Assembly (NCBI GenBank): GCA_937950125.1 | Contig: CALFEP010000305.1 | Location: forward strand, 978 to 64,977 | From: an uncultured Bacteroidota bacterium | Lineage (GTDB): Bacteria; Bacteroidota; Bacteroidia; Bacteroidales; 4484-276 | Direction: 5' to 3' | Length of the DNA stretch: 64,000 bases | Shown here: positions 52,209 through 61,678 of the stretch, piece by piece | How the letters are laid out: each line of letters opens with the position of its first letter | Numbering within the stretch: position 1 is the first letter of the stretch | Position numbers and translations under genes: made by a program | The notes under the pieces: generated by a model | Databases searched by the model: none | The model's input: the letters and a program-made list of their open reading frames with translations, nothing else | What the model was told of the DNA's origin: nothing

Positions 52209-53600
52209 TTAATCGACAACTTTTTGAATGGTGATATTATGTTTTTTCAGCCTGTGTTTCAGCGAATCCCGCGAAACTCCCAATAAATCGCAGGCGCGCA
52301 TCTGGTTGCCGCCGGTTTCGCGGAGGGCGTCTTCAATCAGTATTTTTTCCCATTCGTCAAGGTTGAGGGTGATGCGCTGTGGCCTTTTTTCTTCTTTGTG
52401 ATGATCTTCAAATTTGATGGAAAAGTCCTCTGCAGTAAGTTTTTTGCCATCCGACAAAATCAGTGCACGCTCCACCATGTTGCGCAGTTCGCGCACATTT
52501 CCGGGGAAATTGTAATTTTTTAACTGGATGATCAGGTTTTTATCGATTTCCGGGGCTGGTCTTTTCTTTTTTGAACACAGGTCGGCCACGAAATGCTTGA
52601 GCAATGGCTCTATGTCTTCGGGGCGCTCGCGCAAGGGAGGGATATTAATAATAAAGGTGTTGATCCGGTGGTAAAGGTCGAGTCTGAATTTTTCGGCCTG
52701 GATTAGTTTTTCGATGTTTTTGTTGGTTGCTGAAATGATTCGCAAATCAACAGCAATTTCTTTTCCGCTCCCGATACGGGTTATTTTGCGCTCTTCCATG
52801 GCACGCAGCAATTTCGCCTGCAGCGAAAAAGGCATATCGGCTATTTCGTCAAGGAAAAGGGTGCCGCCATTGGCAAGTTCAAAAAATCCCTTTTTATCCT
52901 CTTTTGCATCGGTAAACGAACCTTTCATGTGGCCAAAGAACTCGCTTTCGATGAGTGTATCAGGAATAGCAGTGCTGTTTACAGGAACAAAAACCTGTTT
53001 TTTCCGTTCGCTGGCATAATGGATAATACGGGCAATGATTTCTTTTCCGGTTCCGTTCTCGCCGGTAATCAGCACGCTGGCATCCTTGTCGTGGGCAACG
53101 CGCATCGCCATTTCAACCACTTTTTTTATAACCGGGCTGGTGCCTATAAAATCGCGTTCCACCATTGTTTCCAACTCACGCGAAATGAGTGATTTCTGGT
53201 TCTCGACCGATTGCAGTTTATTCAGCAGTTGTACGTATTTGCCGGTTCGCTCGATGCTGAAAAGTATTTCGGTAAAATTAAAAGGCTTTCGCACAAAATC
53301 GAAGGCTCCCTGACGCTGGGCTTCAATCACAATATCAATGTCTTCCTGGCCGCTTACCATAATTACGGCAGTGTCGGGGTGGTTGGTTTTGATGCGTTTC
53401 AGAATTTCGATGCCGTTCAAATCGTGCGGAAGCATGAAATCGAGCAGCACAATGTCGATTTGGTTTTTATCTAATATCTGAAAGGCAGTGCGGGAATCGT
53501 TTGCCTCGAAAACTATGAAATTGTTTTTGGTCAGATGACGATTCATCCTTTCGGTAATTTTTTGTTCATCGTCAACCACCAGTACTTTAAGTGATTCCAT
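52209..53600 (-). CDS. Sigma-54-dependent response regulator (NtrC family: REC, AAA+, Fis-type HTH)
   Basis: The REC domain reads 'VLVVDDE...VLLDFMLP'. Walker A is 'GENGTGKE'. 'ESEFFGHMKGSFTDA' (GAFTGA-like) and 'GNVRELRN' are present, with a C-terminal HTH 'ACDLLGVSRDSLKHRLKK'. Confidence 0.9.
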   Translation of the reverse strand: MESLKVLVVDDEQKITERMNRHLTKNNFIVFEANDSRTAFQILDKNQIDIVLLDFMLPHDLNGIEILKRIKTNHPDTAVIMVSGQEDIDIVIEAQRQGAFDFVRKPFNFTEILFSIERTGKYVQLLNKLQSVENQKSLISRELETMVERDFIGTSPVIKKVVEMAMRVAHDKDASVLITGENGTGKEIIARIIHYASERKKQVFVPVNSTAIPDTLIESEFFGHMKGSFTDAKEDKKGFFELANGGTLFLDEIADMPFSLQAKLLRAMEERKITRIGSGKEIAVDLRIISATNKNIEKLIQAEKFRLDLYHRINTFIINIPPLRERPEDIEPLLKHFVADLCSKKKRPAPEIDKNLIIQLKNYNFPGNVRELRNMVERALILSDGKKLTAEDFSIKFEDHHKEEKRPQRITLNLDEWEKILIEDALRETGGNQMRACDLLGVSRDSLKHRLKKHNITIQKVVD

Positions 53601-53641
53601 AATGTTAGGTTTGAGTGGTTTAAAATTATCCTTTGTGTTGG

Positions 53642-55171
53642 TTATTCATCCGGATTTTCGGTAAACGCCGGCTTAATGGTGATTCCGTCATATTTTTTCT
53701 CGATGCCATTTTCGTAAGTTATCACCAGAAACAGCAGCCCGTTGGCATCGTATTTTTTCCAATCACCTTCCTTAATGCCCATCCTGTAATAATTTTCGTC
53801 TTTTACAGTTCCGTTTTCATAATAATAAATGTGCTTTCCGTTGGGGAAATCATCCACAAATTCACCTTCAAATTTCAGCACCTCGCCATCAAAATATTTC
53901 CATACTCCGTTGCGCATTCCGTACGAAAAGTTACCCTCTTCGCGGTGGGTGCCATCCCTGAAAATCCACGGACCATCTTCCATGCCTTCAATAAACTCGC
54001 CTTCGGAAATCATTTCGCCTGCTTCGGTAAATTCGGTCATCAAACCGTCGGCAAGTCCTTTAAGGTAGTTTTCTTCGCGCAGCATGTTTCCCGAGGGGTA
54101 GAACCATGTCCATTTTCCTGTAAGTTTCCCTTCGCTGGTGTATTTTCCGGTTTGTTCGAGTTTTCCGTTGGGGTGGTAATATTTCCATTCTCCGGTTTTC
54201 ACGCCATTCGTGTAGGTTCCCTCAGCCTTTAGTTGTCCGTTGGGATACAATTCTTTCCAGGGGCCATCATTCTTGCCATCTTCTTTCACAACACCTTCAG
54301 CAACTTTTATCCCTTTGTCGAACATTTCGCACGATTTTATGGTTCCATCCTCGTTGTATTGGCGTTTTACCCCTTGTTCAATTCCGTTTTTGAATGTTTG
54401 CACCAGTCGCAGTGTGCCGTCGGGGAAATATTCCTTAACTACTTCCAGTTTAATCAGTTCCGCCGGCGTATCAACCTTTTCGCCGTTCTGCCATTTGGTG
54501 GTCGAAAGCAGTCTTCCTTTTTCGTCATAATCTTTGAAATAGCCGTCTTTCAAATCGTTCAAAAACCGTCCTTCGGTTTTTATTAGGCCATTGTCGTGAA
54601 AAAACTTCCAGTTGCCCTGTTTCCTGCCTTCGCTGTCGAGGCGGTTTATGCGTTCGCGGCTTACGATGTAGCCTTTTTTATAAACCACCAGCAGTGTAAC
54701 ACGCCCGTCTTCACCAAATTCTTTCGAAAGACCTTCTTCGAGTCCGTTTACAAAATTTACTGTTTTAAAAACATTGCCGTTCTTATAATAATATGTTGTA
54801 AGCCCTTGTTTTACATCATTTTCAAAGTTTTCCGAAATTACTTCATCGTCCCGGTAAGTAATGCGTTCGCCATGTTTTTTTCCTTCTTTGTAGTTGATAA
54901 TCAACACGAGTTTTCCCGATTCATCAAAAAACTTCCAGGTGCTGTCAAGCAGAAAATTTTTACGGTTTCCTTCCGATTTCAGCAGGCCTGTTTCATAATA
55001 GGTACGCCAGTAGCCATCAGGCTTACCTTTGCGCATTGGGCCTTCGCTCGATTTTGCACCATTTTCGTAATAATAAATGGTGTTGGGAGGGTTGGTTTCG
55101 TTTTGCGCCGTGGCATAAAAAACCTTTAAAATCAAGAGAATAAGTATAAAAGATATGGTTTTTATTTTCAT
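53642..55171 (-). CDS. MORN-repeat variant (YwqK-like) secreted protein
   Basis: There are roughly 18-20 repeats of the type 'YYENG......G....G...G.W..Y..NG'. The signal peptide ends 'FYATA|Q'. Confidence 0.8.
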   Translation of the reverse strand: MKIKTISFILILLILKVFYATAQNETNPPNTIYYYENGAKSSEGPMRKGKPDGYWRTYYETGLLKSEGNRKNFLLDSTWKFFDESGKLVLIINYKEGKKHGERITYRDDEVISENFENDVKQGLTTYYYKNGNVFKTVNFVNGLEEGLSKEFGEDGRVTLLVVYKKGYIVSRERINRLDSEGRKQGNWKFFHDNGLIKTEGRFLNDLKDGYFKDYDEKGRLLSTTKWQNGEKVDTPAELIKLEVVKEYFPDGTLRLVQTFKNGIEQGVKRQYNEDGTIKSCEMFDKGIKVAEGVVKEDGKNDGPWKELYPNGQLKAEGTYTNGVKTGEWKYYHPNGKLEQTGKYTSEGKLTGKWTWFYPSGNMLREENYLKGLADGLMTEFTEAGEMISEGEFIEGMEDGPWIFRDGTHREEGNFSYGMRNGVWKYFDGEVLKFEGEFVDDFPNGKHIYYYENGTVKDENYYRMGIKEGDWKKYDANGLLFLVITYENGIEKKYDGITIKPAFTENPDE

Positions 55172-55352
55172 CGTTTCCCAAAAATTCTCAAATTAAACGA
55201 AGTCTGGTTTTCAATATTTTGCCTAAAAATGGGCTGTAACTGTATGTTTTTTTTAATGAGCTAAAGTAATTTAAATTTTGAAGACAAATCATTGTTCAGC
55301 TTGTTGAAGTGACGAATGAATTCCGCCTTTGGCCGATTGCCGTCAACTTTTC

Positions 55353-55360
55353 TATCTTTG
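55353..55360 (+). promoter_or_regulatory. Candidate -7 box (TATCTTTG)
   Basis: It lies 19 nt upstream of the ATG at 55379, which supports the shorter nitroreductase start. Confidence 0.35.
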
Positions 55361-55378
55361 CCAAAAAAAATTGAAAAT

Positions 55379-55978
55379 ATGATATCCAAGGAAGCCAACA
55401 CCCGGGTTGACATTCATCAAATACTGAAAAAAAGGTGGAGCCCCCGTGCTTTTTCTGACCAACCCGTTGAGAAGGAAAAACTGGAACGGATTTTTGAAGC
55501 CGCGCGCTGGTCGCCATCGGCAAGCAACGAGCAACCCTGGTATTTCATCCTGGGGCAAAAAGGCGATAAAACCTTCGATAAGATTTTTGATACACTGGTT
55601 GAATTCAATCAGTTGTGGGTAAAAACAGCTCCGGTTGCTGTGGTTACCGTGGGGCGTATTCATTTGCTGAAAAGTGGGAAACCCAATCCGTGGTATCGCT
55701 ACGATGTAGGGCAATCGGTTGCGCACCTTACTTTTCAGGCAGCACACGAAGGGTTGTGGGTGCACCAGATGGGGGGTTTTGATGAGAACAAGGCAAAGGA
55801 ACTTTTTTCCATTCCCGAAGGATTTGAAGCAGTAACTGCATTTGTAGTCGGATACATGGGCGATTACACCGTGTTGCATCCAAACCAGCAAAAGCTTGAA
55901 TTGGCGCCCCGTGAACGTAAACCTGTTTCTGATTTCCTGTTTTCCAATACTTTTGGCGAAAAATCGGATTTAATTTAA
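55379..55978 (+). CDS. Nitroreductase family protein
   Basis: It contains 'RWSPRAFSDQPV...AARWSPSASNEQPWYFIL'. The start is moved from 55316 to the ATG at 55379. Confidence 0.8.
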   Translation: MISKEANTRVDIHQILKKRWSPRAFSDQPVEKEKLERIFEAARWSPSASNEQPWYFILGQKGDKTFDKIFDTLVEFNQLWVKTAPVAVVTVGRIHLLKSGKPNPWYRYDVGQSVAHLTFQAAHEGLWVHQMGGFDENKAKELFSIPEGFEAVTAFVVGYMGDYTVLHPNQQKLELAPRERKPVSDFLFSNTFGEKSDLI

Positions 55979-55984
55979 TTGAAG

Positions 55985-57025
55985 ATGAAAGTAAGAGGGA
56001 TGTTTTTTGATAAAATCGCCATGGGTTCCAAAATCCTTGGGGTTTTTCTGGTATTGCTGCACGTGTTGTTTTTGGCGTCATGTGGAAACCAAAGCAATGG
56101 AAAAAAAATCGAAACTACCGCCATCAAATCGAAAGCTGAAATTAAGGTACCAGATTTCAATGCCGATTCAGCTTACTGGTTTGTGAGCCGGCAACTGGAA
56201 TTTGGTCCGCGCGTACCTGGCTCAACAGCGCACCAGGAATGTGCCCGCTGGCTCGAAAGTACCCTGAAAAGATTTTCCCCGCAGGTGATGGTTCAGCCGT
56301 TTAAAACCCGTATTTACGACAACCGGATTTTTGATGGTCAGAACATTATTGCTGCCTTTAACCCCGAGATCAAGAGCAGAATATTCCTTTCGGCGCATTG
56401 GGATTCGCGCCCTTATGCCGACCATGACCCCGATCCGGCCAATCACCAGAAACCCATCGATGGCGCCAACGACGGCGCCAGTGGAGTAGGAGTGCTGCTC
56501 GAAATTGCCCGTCAGCTGAGCCTGGCAAAGCCGTCCATTGGTGTTGACATTATCCTTTTCGACCTCGAAGATTATGGCCCACCACAGGACAAACAAACCC
56601 AAGCCACCGAAACCTGGGGGCTTGGCTCGCAATATTGGGCGCGAAACCTGCATGTGCCGGCATACTCGCCACGATTCGGGATATTGCTGGATATGGTGGG
56701 TGCACCCGATGCAGTTTTTCCAGTTGAAGGTTTTTCGGCATATTATGCCGAACATGTGGTGAAAAAGGTGTGGAAAGTTGCTGAAACACTGGGGTATGGT
56801 GACATTTTTGTTGATACCGACGGCGGATACATCACCGACGACCATTATTTTATCAACCAGATTGCCCAAATTCCAACTATCGATATCATTCATCTTGACC
56901 ATGAATCCGTTAACGGTACTTTTTACGATCACTGGCACACCGTGAACGACAATCTTTCACAAATCGACCGGGAAACCCTTGGCATAGTTGGCCAGGTAGT
57001 GCTTACAGTGGTTTTTTGGGAATAG
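55985..57025 (+). CDS. Glutaminyl-peptide cyclotransferase (M28-fold, mammalian-type QC), lipoprotein
   Basis: A lipobox 'LFLASC' is present. Motifs are 'SAHWDSRPYAD', 'DGANDGASGVGVLLEIARQL', 'IILFDLEDYG', 'GILLDMVG' and 'DHWHTVNDN'. Confidence 0.72.
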   Translation: MKVRGMFFDKIAMGSKILGVFLVLLHVLFLASCGNQSNGKKIETTAIKSKAEIKVPDFNADSAYWFVSRQLEFGPRVPGSTAHQECARWLESTLKRFSPQVMVQPFKTRIYDNRIFDGQNIIAAFNPEIKSRIFLSAHWDSRPYADHDPDPANHQKPIDGANDGASGVGVLLEIARQLSLAKPSIGVDIILFDLEDYGPPQDKQTQATETWGLGSQYWARNLHVPAYSPRFGILLDMVGAPDAVFPVEGFSAYYAEHVVKKVWKVAETLGYGDIFVDTDGGYITDDHYFINQIAQIPTIDIIHLDHESVNGTFYDHWHTVNDNLSQIDRETLGIVGQVVLTVVFWE

Positions 57026-57194
57026 AATTTCAACCACGGGAAATTCAGAATTATGACAATGGAACTGTTGGCTGTCCTGGCCTTTTAATGTTTTGAGATC
57101 ATTGTCATCATTCACTCGCTAAACAGTTTTCAGTTGCCACATTCGATTTCTTCGTTTGGCAGAAATTTCATGACTTTTCAAATAAGATCAGGAT

Positions 57195-57247
57195 AAAAAA
57201 AAGCCACGAAAACAGTTTTTCTTCTTGTTTTCGTGGCCGTTTTGTTT
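57195..57247. terminator. Bidirectional rho-independent terminator between convergent genes
   Basis: The structure is A8-GCCACGAAAACA (57203-57214)...TGTTTTCGTGGC (57226-57237)-CGTTTTGTTT, a perfect 12-bp stem. Confidence 0.8.
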
Positions 57248-57266
57248 ATACCAAAAAATCCTGATC

Positions 57267-60200
57267 TCAGAATTTTTCGATCTGCAGGTTCATTTCTGTT
57301 TCAATTTTGGTTGCCAGTTCGTTTTGCTTGTTGCGTTTTGCAAGCATTGCAAGCTGCTGTAGTACAGCAAATGAGCGTTCGATTTCCTGCTGGTAATATT
57401 TTTTAAAATAATCGTTGAGTTTGCCATAATAGTCCAGATCAGCAACGAAATTATTAAAAAGTATTTCGGTTACCTGGTTCGCTTTTTCAGGCGCTTTGGC
57501 ATCATAATATGCTTCAACCATCGGCATTACGTACATGTCGTAAGGAATTTTGCTGTTAGGGAAAAATTCCTGACATTTATCCAATACTTTAGCGGCTGAG
57601 TCGAGGCGGTTAAGATCGATCAAAGCATTGGCAAGCCTGAAATAATCCTGTTTTGGCATTACCGAGTTGCGGCGGCTTTCGGGATCGATGTAAATGCCGG
57701 GCTTGTTCAGGTTTCCCCATTTTGCCTTGTTAACAAGCAAATCGTACGATTCTTCGGGATTTATCCCACCCAAACCTTCGAGGTAGTGTTCGGCCCTGAC
57801 CGGCAAAAAACGGTAAACAATGCCTTCGAGATGACAATATTTTGCAACATCAAGCACATTTTCGACTGCCGAAGGGCTTGCAAAATAAATCGGACGCTCC
57901 CAATTATTGGAAGCAATCAGATCAAGAAGCATCAGATCATTTTTGTAGAGGTAGTTTTGTTTGACTTTCCACTGGATTTCAGGCACAATTTTATCCTGCA
58001 TATCCTTTGGAACGAGATTATTTCTTATAAGATGATCTCGGTCGATGGTCAGTTTTAAGTCTTTTGTTGGAGCATAATTTACGGAGGTACCGTCCTGCAG
58101 CGGCAATTTTGTGCGCGAATCATTATTGGCAATAAAATCAATCACCTCTTTAAGTTCAGCCGTTCCCTTCATTCTGTCGATAAATGGCACATAATTGTTC
58201 GATCCTTTATCATAATCGGCGTAGGAAATGGTTAGCGAGAGGGGGTCGGAGTTGTAAATTTTCCGCATCATCTGATGGATGTACCACTCGCCCGATGCCA
58301 GCATGTAGTTGACTACCCTTACGTCGGTTCTGATGCCTTCCACTTCCTGCAGGTACCAAAGCGGGAAAGTGTCGTTGTCGCCATTGGTAAAAAGGATTGC
58401 GTTGGGAGCGCACGATTCGAGGTAGTTTTGGGCAAAATCGCGGGCAGCATATTTTCCGGAGCGGTTATGATCGTCCCAGCCTTCAGTTGCCATAATTCCC
58501 GGGACAACGATTAAGGTCAAACCAGTTACAAGCCCTGCCGTCAATGTTGGATTGAGGTATTTTTTGATGAATGAGTATAAAGCCAGAACACCAAAACCAA
58601 TCCAGAAGGCAAAAGCATAAGTGGAACCGGCATAGGCATAATCCCTTTCCCGGGGCTGATAAGGGTATTGGTTCAGGTAAATAATGATGGCGAGGCCAGT
58701 CATCAGGAACAGGAGGCCTACCACGATGGTGTTTTTATAATCTCTGTTCAGATGGAAAAATAGTCCGGCAAGTCCCAACAATAATGGCAGGAGGAAGAAT
58801 TTGTTATTGCCGGGATTTTGCATGCTTGGTGGCAGATCGGTTTGTTTTCCCACCCGCTTGGCATCAAGCCCATCAAATCCGGTAATCCAGTTTGCGTTTT
58901 CAACCTCGCCGTGTCCCTGAATGTCGTTCTGACGGCCAGCAAAATTCCACATAAAATAGCGGAAGTACATAAATCCGACCTGATACCTGAAAAAGTAAGT
59001 CAGGTTTTCGCCAAATGTAGGTTTTTGGATGGTTTCGGTGGTTCCGTCGGGTTTGGTGTGTTTGAGTGAAATCCCTTTAACATTGCCCCAACGTTTGTAT
59101 TCGCGTATGTGCAGCGATTTCTGGTTGCTCCACATACGCGGGAAAATGGTGGTAAAATCTTTATCGTAGATGGGTATTGTACCTTTGCGGTCGTCAACAA
59201 CAACATATTTACCAACTTTATCATCACGCAGGTAAACCGGGTTTCCATCGCCATAATCCTCTACAGGCGAGTTGTAATACTGTCCGTAAAAAATAGGCCA
59301 GTCACCATATTGCTCCCGGTTGAGGTACGACAGAAGGCTAACTGCGTTGTTGGGGCTGTTTTCGTTTATGGGCGTATTTGTATTTGCCCTGATGACGATG
59401 ATAAGAAATGAGGAGTAACCTATCAGAATAAAAGTAAGGCTCAGGATTACGTGGTTGAGATGTGCCCGCTCGTATCTGTATTTGTAAATTAAAAATCCTG
59501 AAATAGCCCCGATAAGGAAACGAATCATGAAGTTGCCAAAGGAGGAGCTTTCGGTAAGTATCAGCAGGAACAACACTCCGGCAAGGATGAGCGCAATTTT
59601 TGAGACCAGCGGATTACTTTCAACGGTTGCTCTTATAGCAAAGAAAATAAGAGTTATCAGCAGAAGGGCAAGGAAAATGGTTCCTGAGTTGAAAGGCAGT
59701 CCAACTGAATTTACCAGCAAAAGCTCGGTATGTGCAAACAGACTCACGATTTCGGGAATGATTCCATACATAATAAAGGCAAGGATGAAAAGTGAAATTC
59801 CACCGGCCATCAACATGCCTTTTCCTGTAGGTTTGTATTTTTTAAAGTAATAAACAAACGTAATAGCGGGAATAGCCAGCAGGTTCAACATGTGAACACC
59901 AACTGATAAACCGACGAGGTAAGCAATCAAAATCAGCCATTTGGCCGAGTGTTTCTCATCGGCTACCTCTTCCCAACGAAGAATTGCCCAAAAAACAACC
60001 GCAGTAAAAAACGACGACATGGCGTAAACCTCACCCTCGACCGCCGAAAACCAGAAAGAATCGCTGACCGTGTAAGCCAATGCGCCAACAATTCCACTTC
60101 CCAAAACTGCTATCATTCCGGCAGTTCCATTTTCATCATCAAATTTTATCAGTTTGCGTGCAAGAATGGTGATGCTCCAGAAAAGGAATAATACAGTGAA

Positions 60201-60464
60201 ACTGCTCGAGAGTGCCGACATCACATTGATCATCAGTGCTACATTGGCAACGTCGCCAAAAGCAAACAGCGAAAAAATTCTTCCGACCAGTTGGAAAAAA
60301 GGTGCTCCCGGAGGATGACCAACCTGGAGTTTATAGGCGGTAGCTATGTATTCGCCACAATCCCACCAGCTTGCAGTAGGCTCAATTGTAAGGAAATAAA
60401 CGATTGTTGCAACTAACCAAACAACCCATCCCGTAATGTTGTTAAGTTTTTTGAAATCTTTCAT
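57267..60464 (-). CDS. DUF2723 (TMEM260-like) polytopic membrane glycosyltransferase-fold protein with a C-terminal helical-repeat domain
   Basis: The N-terminus 'LTIEPTASWWDCGEYIATAYKLQVGHPPGAPFFQL' is characteristic of DUF2723. More than 10 TM segments are present. Length is 1065 aa. Confidence 0.78.
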   Translation of the reverse strand: MKDFKKLNNITGWVVWLVATIVYFLTIEPTASWWDCGEYIATAYKLQVGHPPGAPFFQLVGRIFSLFAFGDVANVALMINVMSALSSSFTVLFLFWSITILARKLIKFDDENGTAGMIAVLGSGIVGALAYTVSDSFWFSAVEGEVYAMSSFFTAVVFWAILRWEEVADEKHSAKWLILIAYLVGLSVGVHMLNLLAIPAITFVYYFKKYKPTGKGMLMAGGISLFILAFIMYGIIPEIVSLFAHTELLLVNSVGLPFNSGTIFLALLLITLIFFAIRATVESNPLVSKIALILAGVLFLLILTESSSFGNFMIRFLIGAISGFLIYKYRYERAHLNHVILSLTFILIGYSSFLIIVIRANTNTPINENSPNNAVSLLSYLNREQYGDWPIFYGQYYNSPVEDYGDGNPVYLRDDKVGKYVVVDDRKGTIPIYDKDFTTIFPRMWSNQKSLHIREYKRWGNVKGISLKHTKPDGTTETIQKPTFGENLTYFFRYQVGFMYFRYFMWNFAGRQNDIQGHGEVENANWITGFDGLDAKRVGKQTDLPPSMQNPGNNKFFLLPLLLGLAGLFFHLNRDYKNTIVVGLLFLMTGLAIIIYLNQYPYQPRERDYAYAGSTYAFAFWIGFGVLALYSFIKKYLNPTLTAGLVTGLTLIVVPGIMATEGWDDHNRSGKYAARDFAQNYLESCAPNAILFTNGDNDTFPLWYLQEVEGIRTDVRVVNYMLASGEWYIHQMMRKIYNSDPLSLTISYADYDKGSNNYVPFIDRMKGTAELKEVIDFIANNDSRTKLPLQDGTSVNYAPTKDLKLTIDRDHLIRNNLVPKDMQDKIVPEIQWKVKQNYLYKNDLMLLDLIASNNWERPIYFASPSAVENVLDVAKYCHLEGIVYRFLPVRAEHYLEGLGGINPEESYDLLVNKAKWGNLNKPGIYIDPESRRNSVMPKQDYFRLANALIDLNRLDSAAKVLDKCQEFFPNSKIPYDMYVMPMVEAYYDAKAPEKANQVTEILFNNFVADLDYYGKLNDYFKKYYQQEIERSFAVLQQLAMLAKRNKQNELATKIETEMNLQIEKF

Positions 60465-60752
60465 GCATCAAATATTTTGATTCTCAATTTGTTTAAAATG
60501 CGTGGCGAAAGTAAGCATTTTAGTTGATTCAATGTTCCGTTCAATGGATGAGTTCGGTCTAAAAAGATCAAATTTTAGATTTCTCAACAAAACCTTTATT
60601 AAGCATGCTGAAGTAACACGGAACCTTATGACTGCACAATATTATGAAAACCAATAAATTATCATTTTATAAAATTAATACAACTCTCTATGGCCGACAG
60701 GTTTTACTGGTGAAAAATTAGTTTTTCAAATGATCTCATTGATGTAATTTAT

Positions 60753-60760
60753 TAGCTTTG
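60753..60760 (+). promoter_or_regulatory. Candidate -7 box (TAGCTTTG)
   Basis: It lies 31 nt upstream of the agmatinase ATG at 60791. Confidence 0.35.
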
Positions 60761-60790
60761 CAGATGTTTGAAAATTAACAAGCTTTTTAC

Positions 60791-61654
60791 ATGACATCAG
60801 AACTTAATTATGGCGGCCTTGATGCCGGATATACTAAACTGGAAAAGGCCAGAATAGTTGTGCTTCCTGTGCCTTACGATGAAACAAGCACCTGGGGAAA
60901 AGGAGCCGACCTTGGTCCCGAGGCAATACTTGAAGCCTCTGCCAATATGGAGCTTTACGATATTGAAACCGATTCGGAAGTTTACCGTTTAGGGATTTTC
61001 ACTTCTGATCCGATATTAGAAAAATCATCACCTGAAGCCATGGTGAATGCAGTTCAACAACAAACTGCTGAATTCTTGAAGATGAATAAATTCGTGGTTG
61101 GTTTGGGCGGTGAACATTCTGTGACCCCTGGTTTTGTAAGGGCTTTTTTTGAATTTTTCCCTGATATGTGCGTGCTTCAGCTGGATGCTCATACCGACCT
61201 GCGACCCGAATACAACGGAACACCCTACAACCATGCCTGCGCCATGTCGCGTGTACGCGAACTTTGCCCGGTAATTCAGGTTGGAATCAGAAGCATGGAC
61301 AGCATCGAAAAACCGTTCCTTGTCAGAGAAAACCTTTTCCTTGCAGAAGATATTTTTGACAATGATTCCTGGATGGATAAGGCAATAGGAAGGCTCAGTA
61401 AAAACGTTTTTATCACCATCGATCTGGATGTTTTCGATCCCTCCATCATGCCTTCGACAGGTACCCCTGAACCTGGAGGATTGCTGTGGTATCAGGTAAT
61501 CAGGTTCCTGAAAAAAGTGAATGCAAGCAGAAATATTATTGGCTTTGATGTGGTGGAACTTGCCCCCGTTGAAAATGAAAAGTCATCCGATTTTCTGGCA
61601 TCAAAACTCGTCTATAAAATTCTCTCTTACAAATTTCAAAAATCAGAAAACTAA
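60791..61654 (+). CDS. speB: Agmatinase (arginase/ureohydrolase family)
   Basis: Mn-binding motifs are 'GGEHSVT', 'LDAHTDL' and 'TIDLDVFDPS'. Confidence 0.85.
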   Translation: MTSELNYGGLDAGYTKLEKARIVVLPVPYDETSTWGKGADLGPEAILEASANMELYDIETDSEVYRLGIFTSDPILEKSSPEAMVNAVQQQTAEFLKMNKFVVGLGGEHSVTPGFVRAFFEFFPDMCVLQLDAHTDLRPEYNGTPYNHACAMSRVRELCPVIQVGIRSMDSIEKPFLVRENLFLAEDIFDNDSWMDKAIGRLSKNVFITIDLDVFDPSIMPSTGTPEPGGLLWYQVIRFLKKVNASRNIIGFDVVELAPVENEKSSDFLASKLVYKILSYKFQKSEN

Positions 61655-61678
61655 AGCAATAACATAAACAAATTGAAA

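Noticed and set aside
53633-55129. Plus-strand ORFs 53633-54232 (199 aa), 54233-54586 and 54596-55129 (177 aa).
   Set aside because: They are antisense to the MORN-repeat gene. They are low-complexity and Phe/Val-rich, as expected from the reverse complement of repeat codons. The minus-strand product has clear repeat signatures and a signal peptide.
55352-56938. Minus-strand ORFs 55352-55891 (179 aa), 55728-56081 and 56222-56938 (238 aa).
   Set aside because: They are antisense to the nitroreductase and glutaminyl-cyclase genes, both of which have strong family motifs. The antisense products have no recognisable features.
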